Positions 36,625 to 49,525 of a DNA stretch of 64,000 nucleotides are shown here, in pieces. Position numbers and translations under genes: made by a program. The notes below the pieces were generated by a model, which was given only the letters and a program-made list of their open reading frames with translations, was not told the DNA's origin and ran no database searches. The DNA is taken from assembly GCA_013239625.1 (NCBI GenBank), contig MU053487.1:825058-889057 (forward strand), given 5' to 3'. Within the stretch, counting starts at the first letter, position 1. Each line of letters starts with the position of its first letter. The stretch is from Lama guanicoe. Its lineage: Eukaryota.

Positions 36625-37826
36625 AGCTCAGTCGATACGAACGGATTACATGGGGGAAGTGGGTATGGCTTCAGTGGTCCCACCCAAGTGCTGGGGATCT
36701 GGGCATTTGATCAGGGTCATTATACACCACACCTTTTTCATTTGTCTCCCTCTTATAGAAAATAACCAAATCAAAGGGAAAAAAAATGTACCGCCACCAC
36801 AAAAATGATCCTAAACCATAATAACCACCACCACAGGAACGTGAATAAGGCAAAACAGATGTATCCTCAGTGTCGTGAGATGGTTTTGCACAATGTCCTT
36901 TGTTGGAAACGACCCCTCTTCAGGACAACAAGGAACTCTGGTTTGGTCGAGGTGGGCTAGAGTTTGCCAGCAAGACCCCCAGCCCAAGGGCAGGAGGCAG
37001 ATCACGTAACAGTGCTGCTCGGAGGGAACCATGCCAGAAAGCTGGTGTGAGGATGAGCCTCGCTCCCCACCTATTCTCGCCTCAGCACAGCTGCCTCCCA
37101 AGGCATGGACGCCTCACCATCTGTGCTTTTAACGTGTGAAACATATTTTAAAATATACTATTTAATTAAAAATGATATTTGTCAGCTCACTGCTGCACCA
37201 GCTCCCTTCCCACAGTCATGATGGGGCCAGAGCTAGAGCACAACCAGGGAAGTCAGCTTTCCTGGGAACAGAGTTGGGCAGAGTGTGGGAAGTTCAAGGC
37301 AAAGCCACAAAGCTTTTTAGAGCTGGCAGTCATACCCTTGCGTTGTCCTCGGAGATCTGGGACCCTCCAGAGGTCCCGGTTAGGTGGTCTAAGGTACTGA
37401 TATTTCTGGAAGGGATGGGCACCTCTTAACCCTCCATGAACTTTGCCACCCTTTCTCCCACCTACAGAACAGACCCTGTAAATAGTGATCCATCAGTATG
37501 TCTACCTGAAAAACATCCTGATAATCCACAAGCTACACATCCCTCCTAGAAGCTGTCTGGGTACTCTGAGTTTCATAGCTAGAATGTACCTTTTTCTTTC
37601 AAAGTCGAAATGATACTTCTGTTCAGCTGGTTTGCTTCTCTCCATGGTGGAAATTCAGAAGCTTTTTCACAGCCTGGGTACAGCAGACTCTTCCTGCTGT
37701 GCTGTGAATTCATGCCTGCTCAGCCGGCACCACTTTCCCATGGTGAGGTGTCTAGGGGTGTCATCTGGGCTTTGAGCTCTGTTGTCAGCTTTGAAATAAA
37801 TTGTAACTGTTTTGTGGCAAAAAAGA

Positions 37827-37851
37827 TGTGTGTGTGTGTGTGAGAGAGAGA
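37827..37851. repeat. (TG)n(AG)n compound microsatellite
   Basis: Read directly. Confidence 0.85.
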
Positions 37852-39949
37852 TCCTAATTCTAGACAGATATGTTTTCTGATCAGTCTCTAGAAAAATCTT
37901 CCTTGTTCTTTGTGTACCCCAAACGTAGAACTATACATGAATTTTTGGCAAATTTTTTTCTTTCAGTCTAACTTGTGGTTTGAAGGCAGAAAGACCACCA
38001 GGTGGGGCTAGAGAGAGGCTTGTTTTGGATGCCGCAATAGCCCACTGACTGACTTAGAAAACAATTAGTCTTGAAAAAGAGTTTACTTTTTGTGCCTTAA
38101 AATGAAAATGAAGACCTAATGAGTCTTTGAAGTTCATGGTTCTTCTCTGGAAATGCTTTCAGCTGTGCCAGGCAAGGTCCTTTCAACATCAAACCAACTG
38201 CAAGCAACTTTCCTTTCTTACTGTCTCCCCTCCTCCTCTCCCTCTGTTCCTCTGGGGACTCCCTTCCATCCTCCGTCCTCTTTTCCTTCCTCCCTCCCTC
38301 CCTAACTCGACCCTCCCTCATTCTGACTTGACAGCCCAGTTTGCCTCCCCTCTGTAAAGCACTATTTCAGAGGCTCTCTGGTCTCGGAATGAAAGTGCAG
38401 AGCAGCTCAGCCTCTCGTGCCAGAGCTCACTGCTCTGGACTGATCAGCATAATTACTTTGGAGATATTTCTTTGGCAAACGTCCATTGCATATTTGTGTA
38501 GCATTTTCCAGGGATTACTCACAGTTCTCAGAATAATCTGACAGTCTTATCTCACTGGTGCTCCGTCCTTCTCTGTGAATTATTTGAACCCACCACCGCC
38601 CCACTTAAAAGCATCATGAAATAGTTTTCCCAGTCAGACTTTTAAATGTAAACATTTTCAAGTTCAGAGTGCACAGATAATAAATACATAATGGTCTAAA
38701 ATTTTATATTAATTGGTAATTATTCTTTGCAGAGAGCTTTGGGGATAAAAAGTATCACATGCCATCCTGTCAAATCAGTGTTGGTTACAAAGATTTTAAG
38801 TTGAATACTGTGTGAATGCTTTTTCAGACTTCTTCTATCGCGTATCCAGAACAAAAGGGCATTTTTTGGGAATCTTACATCAACTGTTGGGTAAATGAGA
38901 GAGAGGATCAATGATCTCGATGAACATAGCAATCATAGCAAACTCTCTCTCTCTCACATACACACACATACACACACCCCTTAAGATAACCTAACAGCTA
39001 CTTAAAATCATTTGCCGAGTGCCTGCCTGTAATTCTTTAAAAAAGGAAGATGCCATTTCCAAAGGCTAATCCTCACTTTTTTTTTTGAGGAAAAAACAGG
39101 GGAAGTCTGATTTGGAGACTGGTAGGATGAGGGTAAGACTTGCTGGGCTAGTTCTAGAGGTGTGAATAAGGCATGCCAGTCCGGGTATTAAAGTGCTGCA
39201 AATTGTATTCTCTCCCCACGCTTTCCCACTAATGTCTTTCTGATGCATCTCTTCTCTTCTTATGAAGTGATGCTGGCAAATGCAGGAGAGGACTTTTACT
39301 GTGTTAAAAGGAGCTTTATTTGAGACAGGTTTCCATAACGACAGACTTTTTATATATAGAAACAATACTACCTGCTTTTTTAAAAAAAAAATTCTTTTGG
39401 AATCAAAGTCTGAGTCATTTCAAATCTGGTAAATTCTTAAGATCCTCTGTGGGTAGACAGAAAGGGTCAACAGACATCATCCAATCAGTGAACTCGTGGG
39501 TAGTTGGGCTGCAAATTGCTTCACCAGTTCTTGGTGGATCCCCTGCCTAACAGAGGCCTGGGCAGCAACCTGTATTGAGAAGACCGGGGAAGATTCCGGC
39601 AGCTTCCCCCATCACGTGCAGTTCCTTCCCCCATCACCTCCTTATTGTCTTCTCCTCTCTCTTCCTCTTTCCTCACTGTCTTTGCTTCCCTCTGACTCAG
39701 CAGCTTAGTAGTGTGCTGGGATCTTTGCCATCTATAGATCCTGACATTTGCTACATGACCCGGTCACTTGGGTGAGCTCAAGTAGATTTTGGGGTCTCAT
39801 CCCACATATCCTGAATAAGACCAGAGAACCTTCACTTCTGAGCTTCTCCCCAAGTGATTCTGAGCCCACCAGCCTAGCCTGAGTCCTGCTGACAGAATGA
39901 AGACCAGGGTTAAGTCACACTGAGCATTTGTTTGTATGTGAATGCGTTG

Positions 39950-40240
39950 AAGCCTCCTAGTCACCCCCTGGACAGATGCAGAAGCTGAGGCTCAGGGAGC
40001 TTAAGTAATTTGCTCCAGGGTGACTGTTTATTCACTCATTCATTGAGCCATTGAGTGCTTTCTTCTTGTATCTTTTTTTTTTTTTTGGCCCAGGCCCTGT
40101 AATGGGGGAGGGAATACATAGAATAAAAAACAAAGCACAGGAGCTCCCCTCAAAGTGACTATGATGAAGTGGATTACACAGCTCATTGCTGCTGGAACCA
40201 GGACTCAGACCTTATATTCTGACCCCAGATCTTACGATTT
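39950..40240 (-). mobile_element. MIR interrupted by an L2 3'-end fragment (~40025-40160)
   Basis: acagatgcagaagctgaggctcagggagcttaagtaatttgc, then ttcactcattcattgagc...caggccctgt, then acacagct...ggaaccaggactcagacc. Confidence 0.65.
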
Positions 40241-40420
40241 TAGAAAATTTATTTTGAAGCAATTGTAGACTCATAAAAAGTGGTAAAAATCATGTAGAGT
40301 TCTTGTGTGTCCATCACCCAGCTTCTCCCAAAGGTAACATCTAGCAAAACTATAGTGCATTATAAACACCAGGAGATGGACATTGACACAGGACAACTCA
40401 CCAGACTCCAGACCTTACAA
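40240..40420 (-). mobile_element. Old L1 (L1MB/MC-like) 3' end
   Basis: tttattttgaagcaattgtagactcataaaaag...acccagcttctcccaaaggtaacatct...caccaggagatggacattgacaca. Confidence 0.75.
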
Positions 40421-40622
40421 GACTCCAGATTTGTCTTGGACTCTTTTTATTACAGCACAAGGCCACCAGTGGATCTACAGATCCCCTTAACCTTCATGTT
40501 GGTTCACAACCAAAGTGATTTCTGGCCTCTCAAATAGTAGCTGCTGATCAGAAAATGCAGAAGACACAACTGTGCTCTGGCTGGGTGAGTTTGCCTTTCA
40601 CAAAATAAAAACATATGTAATA

Positions 40623-41040
40623 TCTAGTGGACACTGTTGGTGCTATGACCTTTTATTGGGCCAGCATCTGTCTCCCAGCTGCTACCACTGGCTTATAGCT
40701 ACCCCTTCTCAAGACAGGTGGCCATCAGTCAAGCAAGAGCTGCCTGGCCTGGGATGTTATATCCCCATCTCTCCCCCAGCAGCTTCCACTCTAGCACCAA
40801 TGAAGGACTGACATGGGGGCAAAGAAAACCAGGCAGGACCGATTCTATGGCACAAAAGCTCCCACAGGATCGGACTGAAGCTTGCCTCCAGCTGAGAGCA
40901 CTCTCCTCCTTATTATTAGCTCCTTCCCCTGCCCTATCCTGAGCTCCTACTCCCTTTCTCCTGAGAGCACCCCCTCCATAAATCTTGTAACTCTGAACCC
41001 CTGTGACAGACTCTGCTTTTAGGGAACTTGAGCAAAGCCA
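40623..41040 (+). mobile_element. LTR16C-like ERVL solo LTR
   Basis: gtggacactgttggtgc...ctccagctgag...ttcccctgccctatcctg...tctcctgagagcac...ctctgcttttagggaac. Confidence 0.85.
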
Positions 41041-43049
41041 CATGTTTGTTTTGTTTTCTTCCTTCTTCATTTTAGAGAAGGGCAGTTACAGATACAAAAT
41101 GGATTTCGTTGCAGTCCATTGGATCACCCCATGCACCCTCACAGAAATACACAGACACTCAAACATCCTCATCACCACCTAACACTCTTTCATACACACC
41201 GTAACCAGAGCAGCATGGCAGATGGCGATGGGGCAGTTCTGAGTAGTAGTTTGGGATCCTCCATTGTGTGCATGAACAACACATTGAAGCCCAGATCAAT
41301 GGTTATGAATTTCATGTCAGACTAGGTCTCATTAGTTTGTGGACATTGCTTTGAGATAATCAATACAGTATGATTAGAATGCAATGTTATTATAGCATAA
41401 CGTCTTAGCTGGAAATCCAAATTACTATCTCCCTGCCTCCCCATTTGTACAAAGTAACTTTAAATTAGACTGATTGGACTGTACTGGTCATTTGTTTTCC
41501 TTTCAGTAGAGAGTAGCATCAGTACAGCTGCTTCTTGGTCTGCATGGATGATCGTGGCCAGTACAAAGCCATGGAGAAGTGCTACAGTCTTTTAAGAGGT
41601 ACCACTGATCTCTAAACTGGGATTCGGGAGTCCTGGGGGATTCCCTGACCTGCTAGCTATGAAACACTGGGCATGTTCCTTAAAAATCTCTGGCTTATTT
41701 TCCCATTATATGGAGCTAATACAATCTCCCCTGTCTGTCCCAGAAGACAATGGTGAAGTTATTTAATTGAAGGTGCTTTATAAGCTAAAAAGTGCTGAAG
41801 AGAGAGGTAGGTCTTTCTAGGGCTTTAGCCCTGAAATTAAACTTTCTCCCTCCTCCTTACCTTTCTCCCATACCAAGCACCCAAAGCCCTTTTATTATCC
41901 CCCTAGCAAAGCGTCAAAAAAAGTGTTTAGGACATTTCGGAGGGACTCTGAGTCTCTTAGAATTCTTTTTCCTCATGAATCTGATGAAGAAGATGTGACC
42001 TAAGAAAGCTCTGAGGTGGCTGGAATTTTATAGATACTTCGATCACTCTAGATGCCTCAAATCTGGAATAAAACACAGAAAGCAAAATGTGTCTAATCTT
42101 TTGACTTTGCCTTATTCTGCAGTAAGATTTTGTGTTATTGCAACTAAGATATAGAACAAGCTCTGGTGTTTTTCTACAAAATACCGCCCAAATGCTCAGC
42201 ATTTCTTTTGTGGGATGTTTGGAACTGAAGGATCACTCTTGTTCAAAACATCCTTCATTCTGCTGTGATCATGCAGCAGTTAAGGTATTGGGAGGGGATA
42301 GGGGAGCATGTGGTGATGGGGCCAAGACATCTAGGTTTGAAGACCGCCTCCTCTGAGTTCAGTTTTTACTTTTTCTTGCTTCTGGAAATGTACTCTTAGT
42401 TCTCTCCTTCCCACTTGAAATCAGATATTAGCTTCCTCCCTGAAGACTGCCTCCATCTGATGATGTACAAACAACATCAAAACATAACAGTTCAGAATTT
42501 GTATGCTATAAAAATATAACACTTATTGATGTGAAGTTAATTATATTGGAGTACCCCAGAGGACACAAAGAGATTAAACTTCCACCCAAGACACTCCATT
42601 TTTCCAAATTCATGCAAGATACCTAAAGCTTGTTCAGGAGGCACAGTCTAAGCAGTGTAGTAGCCTAAGGAACAATTCAAGGTTAGAGCCTTCTGGAAGT
42701 TATCGGTGTCTATCTCCTGACCCACCTTGTGTTGTCTTCAGAGAGTCCTGGTTGTATTTTGTCAGCAAGGTTGACTCTGAAAGTGCATAGACTGTTCTAC
42801 TGGGTTTGACCTGAACAGTTTGAGTGTTTCAGTTTATGGAATGTTTAAGCTACAGTCAGGGATGCTTAGATGCATTAGCATGTCATCTCCTCATAGTAAC
42901 AAAACAACAGCAGCAGCAAGTGCTGCCTTCCCTGTTAAGTGCCCACTATGTGGATGGTACCTCAGTCCATGGGTTCCACCAGCCTTCAGAGGTCATCTCA
43001 ATTTCCATGTCTAATCCCTCACCAAGTGCTGTTGGTTCTGCTTCCATGC

Positions 43050-43223
43050 TCACTGTATATAGCACAGGGAAATATACACAAAATGTTATGATAAATCACA
43101 GAGAAAAAAATGTGACAATGAGTGTGTATATGTCCATGAATGACTGAAAAATTGTGCTGAACACTGGAATTTGACACAACACTGTAAAATGAGTATGAAT
43201 CAATAAAAAATGTAAAAAAAAAA
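43050..43223 (+). mobile_element. Young 5'-truncated L1 3' UTR with poly(A), camelid-like
   Basis: tatagcacagggaaatatacacaaaatgttatg...gaaaaaaatgtgacaatgagtgtg...aaattgtgctgaacactggaatttgacacaac...caataaaaaa plus an A tail; resembles recalled camelid L1 3' ends. Confidence 0.85.
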
Positions 43224-43359
43224 ATCTTCCCTGACTCCCCTGCATTGTTACCGCCCCCATACGAACCTAAGGACTGTCATATCATGCCTGTATTATCACA
43301 GTCATGTCTTCTTGAAGCCATTCTTGCCTCCCTTCAATCCATTCTCTTATAAACATGTA

Positions 43360-45700
43360 CATCTGGTTTCAGATTCAAGATGGCAGACTCATACGTCCAG
43401 CCTTCCTTTCTCCCAAAAGTGCCCTGAAAAGACAAAGGGAGATTTTAAAGAGCCATAATTTAAATACAGTAATGCTGGAAGACAAGGACAAAAGCCAACA
43501 GCAAAACAGAGAAATCCTAGATGAGAAGAAACAATGTGATCAGTTTGGTAAAGAACAGAGCTGGAGAAACTGCAGCCTGAAACACCCACAATGAGAGCAG
43601 TCTTCTCCAAGGGGGACCAGAAGTAGCTTTGAGGTCGAGGCCAACAAATACAAAATGCTGGCCATGGGGTGATCATCAGTGTTAGTAATTAAAAAAAAAA
43701 GGAAATTTTAACATGCTATAGTATCCTTTTTTCCCCACTTCCCCTCATACACAGAGCTCATGGCAGTGGCACAAAATCCAAGAATTAGTCTCTAAAGAAA
43801 ATGTGTGATTTTTCTTGGAAGGTATTCTCCTGTGGTTTGGGGGATCTGGAGAAAAACTGAGTAGATCAGAAATTAACTCAGCAGAAATCAACATTAGAAA
43901 GAGAAAAAACAAGGGCATCAAGAACAAAGCAGCTCCACTCAAGAAATCATTCTGATGTGAAACCCAAGCCCTCTTTATGTGGCAGTTGTGGGAAATGCCA
44001 CCTGCAGACAGCTTCTTAGTCCTGTACCCCCACGGGAGAGTTGGCAGGTTGCCAGCCCCTGCCTCCTACGTGGAGCCTGCCTTCCCCGTGTTCTACTGTT
44101 GGAGACGCTTGTTAGGGAAACAGACCTACCCAACTACAGAGGAAATTTTGCTCCTTACTCATGAATATGAATTCTCAACCATAATACAGGCATTTAAGGT
44201 AAATCAGTAGCATGAAAGGGAAGGCTCAAGTTGAAACACAAACAACAACCAAAAAAAAAAAATAGAGCAACCTTCTGTGGAAGAGACAGAAATAATTGGA
44301 AAATGAAAAAAGAACTTGAAAGTTCTAAAATATCCTTAAAAAGAGAGGCAGGTGGATATTGTTCATTTTTTCCTATTTAAAAAACAAAGAACAAGATACT
44401 ATATACAAAAAAAAAACAGTAAAAAAGGAATCACTGGAAACTTAAAATACATTCAATGAGAATGAAAAAGAGAAACCAAAAGACTGACTCAATAAGTAGA
44501 GAAGCCAGGGTTAAAGACCAAAGCTAGGAGATAAGTCAAGAAAATCTCCCACAATGAAAGACAAAAGTCTAAAAAGTTATCCTATCAACAGTAGAATAGA
44601 CATAAATTGGAGTATATTCACATGTGGAAAAGTACTCAGCAGCGAGAATGGGAACCCTGCAACCCTGCGTACAATGGGGATGGATCTCAGGAACATAACA
44701 CTGGGCATAGAAAGCCAGCCACCGAGCGCATGTGCTGTATTATCCTATGCATATGTCAAGCTCAAAGACAGGCACTGCTACTCAGGCAGTGAAAGTCAGG
44801 ACAGTGGTTGCCCTTGGGTAGGTGGAGACAGGAAGCAGCTTGGGGGGCTTCCAGGTATTGGTAACATTCGTTCTTGATCTGGGTGCTGGTTACACAGGTT
44901 GTTCAGTTTGTGAAAATTCATCAATTTGTACACTTGGGTGCACTTATCTCTATGTATGTGGTACTTTGATAAATGTTACCAGAAAAGAGCCAAACAAATA
45001 CAAAACTTATGGTTGAATTTTGTTGTTGTTGTTCTTGAAAGTGCATGACTATCTGGATTCCCTTTTTACAGATTTCTTTTTATAAATAATCATTTAATAA
45101 ACTACTTCATGTGTCACCAACAAAGGTGTCATGATGTATTTAATCAATCCTCTCTTGTTAGAAATACAGGTTGTATCCAGTTTTCACTATGTAGAAGATA
45201 ATACAACTGGGTTATAAGGAATTAAACATTCATCCATTAAGAGTCCCAGGAAGAGGACAGAGATGAGGGAGTGGAAGAAACCGATGGAAAATAGAGGAAA
45301 GTTTCTTCGACATGAACAAAGAAGGGTCTTCAGAGTGTCATGGTCTAACACACACTGAACAGGATGCTGAGGAAAAAAGAGTTCACACTTAGAAGCAATC
45401 AAGTTAAAGTAGAAAACTCCAAGATTAAAAAGAATATTCTGAAAGTTTCGTAAGTAAGAAGCAGGTTACCTGAGATGCAGTGAGAATCAGCTTGACATCA
45501 GACTTCTCACCGTCGAATAAAGAAATACTTTTTCTTTAATAAAAGAAAGAAAGAAAATGACATGTCTCAAATTCTGAATATGCCCCCAACCAAACTTTCA
45601 ATTAAAGAAGAAATCAAGCACTCAAAATATTTACCACCCATGTAGCCAATTTGAACATAATTCAAGGGTTCTTCTGAAACATAAGAAGGAATATAAGAAA
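43360..45700 (+). mobile_element. Ancient L1 5'/ORF1 fragments with a nested L1ME 3' end (~44570-44980)
   Basis: tctggtttcagattcaagatggcagact 5' start; A-rich ORF1-like sequence; L1ME tail tcttgatctgggtgctggttacacagg...tttgtgaaaattcatcaa. Confidence 0.7.
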
Positions 45701-46355
45701 ATGACTTGTGTCCTGGTTCTCCACAACCTGTGTTTGGAGCCCTGACTCAGTTGATTCAGTGTTCTGGGTACTTCCACGTTCCTTCATCAGGAAACACAAA
45801 GTCTTCTGGGTCCCCTGCTTACTGTACACCAAACATAAGGAATCAGAGTTGCCATTCTCAGGTCAAATATTTAGAGAACCCCTTCCACTTGTGTTGTAGC
45901 ATCACTCTTTAGCCATTTTAGACTTTGTAACTAGCTGAATGGAGGTCTTTTCTGAAACCACTGCAGCCTCCCTCAAACTATGATCTAGGAGGTGGTTTGC
46001 TAGCCCCGAGGGGTCTCATTCATCCCTCTGCTAACTGAAAGGTTACCATTGTGTTCAAATTCTCTGGGATTTCAGCCTGGAGGGAAGCCAGGACACATGT
46101 TTGCTTCTCCATCTCTTTCTCTTCTCCATACTCAGCATAAAACCAGAAAGACTGGGCTTTCCTCTGTGGCAAGGATTTATTATATCCTGAATTCTTTCTT
46201 TCCCTTTAACTTGTGGCTTAACTCCCAATCCTTGAGAGCCCAAGAAATACAGAGAATTCCTTCATCCCAATATGACTGTTTCCTTGATAGGAACTTGAAA
46301 GTCCTTTTTGAATAGTTGGATACTATTCACTCTCTTCTTCTCTAATGTGATAAGT

Positions 46356-46700
46356 CTTTTTTTTTTAATTGAAGTACAGCTGATTTACAATGTTGTGTTA
46401 GTTTCTGGTGTACAGCATAATGATTCATTAATATATATATATATATATATTCTTTTAAAATGTAGATTATTACAAGATGTTGTATATTGTTCCCTGTGCT
46501 AAACAATAGGACCTTGTTGTTTATTTTATATATAGTAGTTTTATCTACTAATCCCAAACTTTTAATTTATCCTTCTCCTACCCTTTCCCCTTTGGTAACC
46601 ATAAATTGGTTTTCTATGTCTGTGAGCCTGTTTCTGTTTTTCAAATAAATTCATTTGTGTCATTTTTTAGGTTCCACATGTAAGTGATATTATATGGTCT
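46356..46700 (-). mobile_element. Cetartiodactyl-type L1 3' end, antisense, with poly(T)
   Basis: (t)n aattgaagtacagctgatttacaatgttgtgttagtttctggtgtacagc...gttccctgtgct...ccctttggtaaccataa...ttccacatgtaagtgata. Confidence 0.9.
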
Positions 46701-46919
46701 TAAGCTTCATCTGATATAAGGGCAGGTAGAACTTCCTTGACTCCTCCCAATCTAAACCAGGTCTTCTAGATCTTTGCCTATCCAGGACATAGCAATTATC
46801 ACAGTTTCTTTGTGTGTCCATCTGGGTATCACATGGCTCCCCCTAGATCATGCACTGTAATAAGAGAAATGCCTCTAAACAAGTCTGTGAAGTACTCTGA
46901 GACTCAGAGATTTCAAAGC

Positions 46920-47491
46920 TGTGGAGGACAGCTTCTAGTGCACCAAGACTTTGGAAGGAGAAGGGAAGATGAGCCTGGGAGAACAATGAGGAAGGGGCCT
47001 GAGCTGATTATTGTTGCTTTGCACCCCCACCTTCTGTGTCTTCTCTCTGTTGCTCTGTGCTCTGGAAGCATGGCCCACATGGACTACCTCAGTGGGCTGC
47101 CTTGCCCTTTGGTTTTCAGGAGGATTTGGACAATGGTAAGCTTTGTCCTGGAGAACAAGGGGAGAGGCCAGAGTATTTCTTCCTGCCTTCTCCTTGCCCC
47201 ACTCTCATGACTTTGATTGTTGCTGTGTCCTCCATAGTTACATCTCCAGTTGTGTGGCTCTTCCACAGTCCAGCCCTCACTGAGCTCCAGTAACATGATT
47301 TCCTCACCTTACCCCATCGTTCATGGGGTTAGAAATAGTGTTATGCCTTCCTAGCCTCTGAGTGCTGGAACATCCTTTATCTGTTTCCTTAACCTTTCCT
47401 ACACCTCTGTAAGTGGTCCTTCAAGAAGTCTCTCATCTGAACCACCCATCTGGAATGACTTCTGAACCCTGATAGGACCCTGGCTGATTCA
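46920..47491 (+). mobile_element. LTR41-like ERVL solo LTR
   Basis: catggactacctcagtgggctgccttgccc...ccttaacc...cacctctgtaagtggtccttca...ggaccctggctgattca. Confidence 0.65.
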
Positions 47492-49154
47492 GAGTCTCTG
47501 GTGATCCAGAAGGGGAATGAGTCACGGTGAGTGAGGGAAAGACTAGAGGGATCCTGGAGCAGGCAGTCTTTACCTAGATGAATCCTTTGCCAAGAGCAGT
47601 CTTTTTTCTTTGCCCCTTTCTAAAAATTGGATAAGTTAACATTTCCCTTGAAAAAATGGAGCCCAAGAGTGAAAGGAGGGCTTGAGAGTGTTATTATTAT
47701 TTTTAATGTTTTGTCCCAGAATTCTGGATGAGTGGAATAGATTTAAGCAACATTATCTGGTCCTGGGCAGGAGGATCCAAACACCAGAAAGTGTGAGACC
47801 CTGTAGATTTAGCAAATTAAAGTGGGTCTGTTTACATCCTCAGATACGGTTCTTAATCGGGAATGTCTTTAGGGTAGGTTTAATTTAAGTGACTTCTTCT
47901 GGGTTTAAACTGACTCTCAGGGCTGAACCTTGAAGACCCAAGGATAGGAGGAGGTGAATCTCTCGATCAAGGATATCCAGGACCCAAGACAATTAATACA
48001 ATACTTGTCTCTTCATTTCCATCCCAACCAGCCAACTCCCCATTTTGGAGGTAAACTGCTGGGAACATCCTGTAGAGACTGCTTCTGGGTGTCCTTTCTG
48101 GTTCAAGATGCCCTTAATGTCAGTTTTTTGTGGATGATAGTGAGGGGGAGAATCACATTCATACATGTAAGCTGGCCCAGCTCTCAAGCTTTAGATTTAG
48201 CACAAAGTCCACACGTTGTGGTGCATCTCCCAAAGACCAGGAGAGCTGACACAGGGGCCAGGACTTCCCAGGAGGAGTTGTGCTGGCAATCAGAATCCTT
48301 TCTCTTTCTTCCTTTTTTCCTCTCTCCCTCTCTTCTGTCCTTCCTTTCAAGGATGTCTTAACAATGCTATTTGCAGGAATATCTGACCCTTTTCCAGACC
48401 CTCTCTGATGCTTTGGTATATTATTTGCTTGCCTTTTAAAACACGTCAAGTATTATTTTCTTATCTCTCCCTTAATTGTAAAATACGTATTTCCAGCATT
48501 TTACTTGGGAGTCAGGAAACCTGGTCTTAGACTTACTAGGTGATTGTAGGAAAATGAATTTGCGTCTTTGGACTTCTGGATTATCCAATGCAAAATGACC
48601 ACATAGGACCAGATGATGTCCAGCACATTTGTCACTGATGGCATCTTGTGACACTTTGCTTGAAGCCCAGGCAGGGCTGATGTGTGATGGCATCTGCATG
48701 TAATTGGTGGCTGTCAGCATGCAACTTTGAGATGTTTCGTGGTGTATGTGGACTCACACTTGGAGCAAAACAGTCTAGAAGGGACATAGACAAATGTGCA
48801 GGCGGAAGTGACCCTCCTCGCTTCACTGCCTGGTAACACAGCCAGTTGTTGATTAATGAAGGGAAGAGAGCACAGAAAACTGAAATCCACAGATGATTTT
48901 CAAAACTCATCTTCAGCCCTAATTTTAACTTCCTCTCTGATTCTACTGAACTTTTATTTTATTTTTTTTGTTTCCTCTTAAGACCAGCGCTGCTAACAAG
49001 AAAATGGACCGATTTAAATTTCATCTTCTTTCATTTTCTCAGTGCAAGCTGAGGTAGAGGTGCTAATGAGCAGTGGGAAGACAGCAAAGGTTCATTGGAA
49101 GGGTGAGAAGGAAGGCTGCAGAGGCTGAAGCCCTAGCCTATGTGGTGGAATTAC

Positions 49155-49525
49155 AAAGAGTGTTAGGTTGTGCTAGGTGCTGTAACACCACCCTCGGATC
49201 TCCTTGGCTCATCACAGTGCAGGTTTATCCTCATTCATGCTATTGCCCAGTGCAGGTAGTGGGCAGTGATGCTCTGCTTCATGCAGTCATTCAGGAACCC
49301 AGGATTCTTCCATCTGAGGTATCAGAGACCTCCACAGGGTCCTCTGCATCTGGCTTGGAGACAGAAAAAGTGAGGGAGGTCTTTTGAGTAGGGCTTACCC
49401 ACACAGAACTCAATCACATGACCAGATGACCCCATCTAGCTGCAGGGGAAGCTGGGAAATGCAGTCCAGCTACATTCCCAAGGTAAAGAAACAGGGAGGG
49501 TGAACACATAGCATTGTCTCTACAG
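49155..49525 (-). mobile_element. MLT1J/K-like MaLR LTR
   Basis: taggtgctgtaaca...gctctgcttcatgcagtcattcaggaacccagg...gctgcaggggaagctgggaaatgcagtccagct. Confidence 0.8.
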
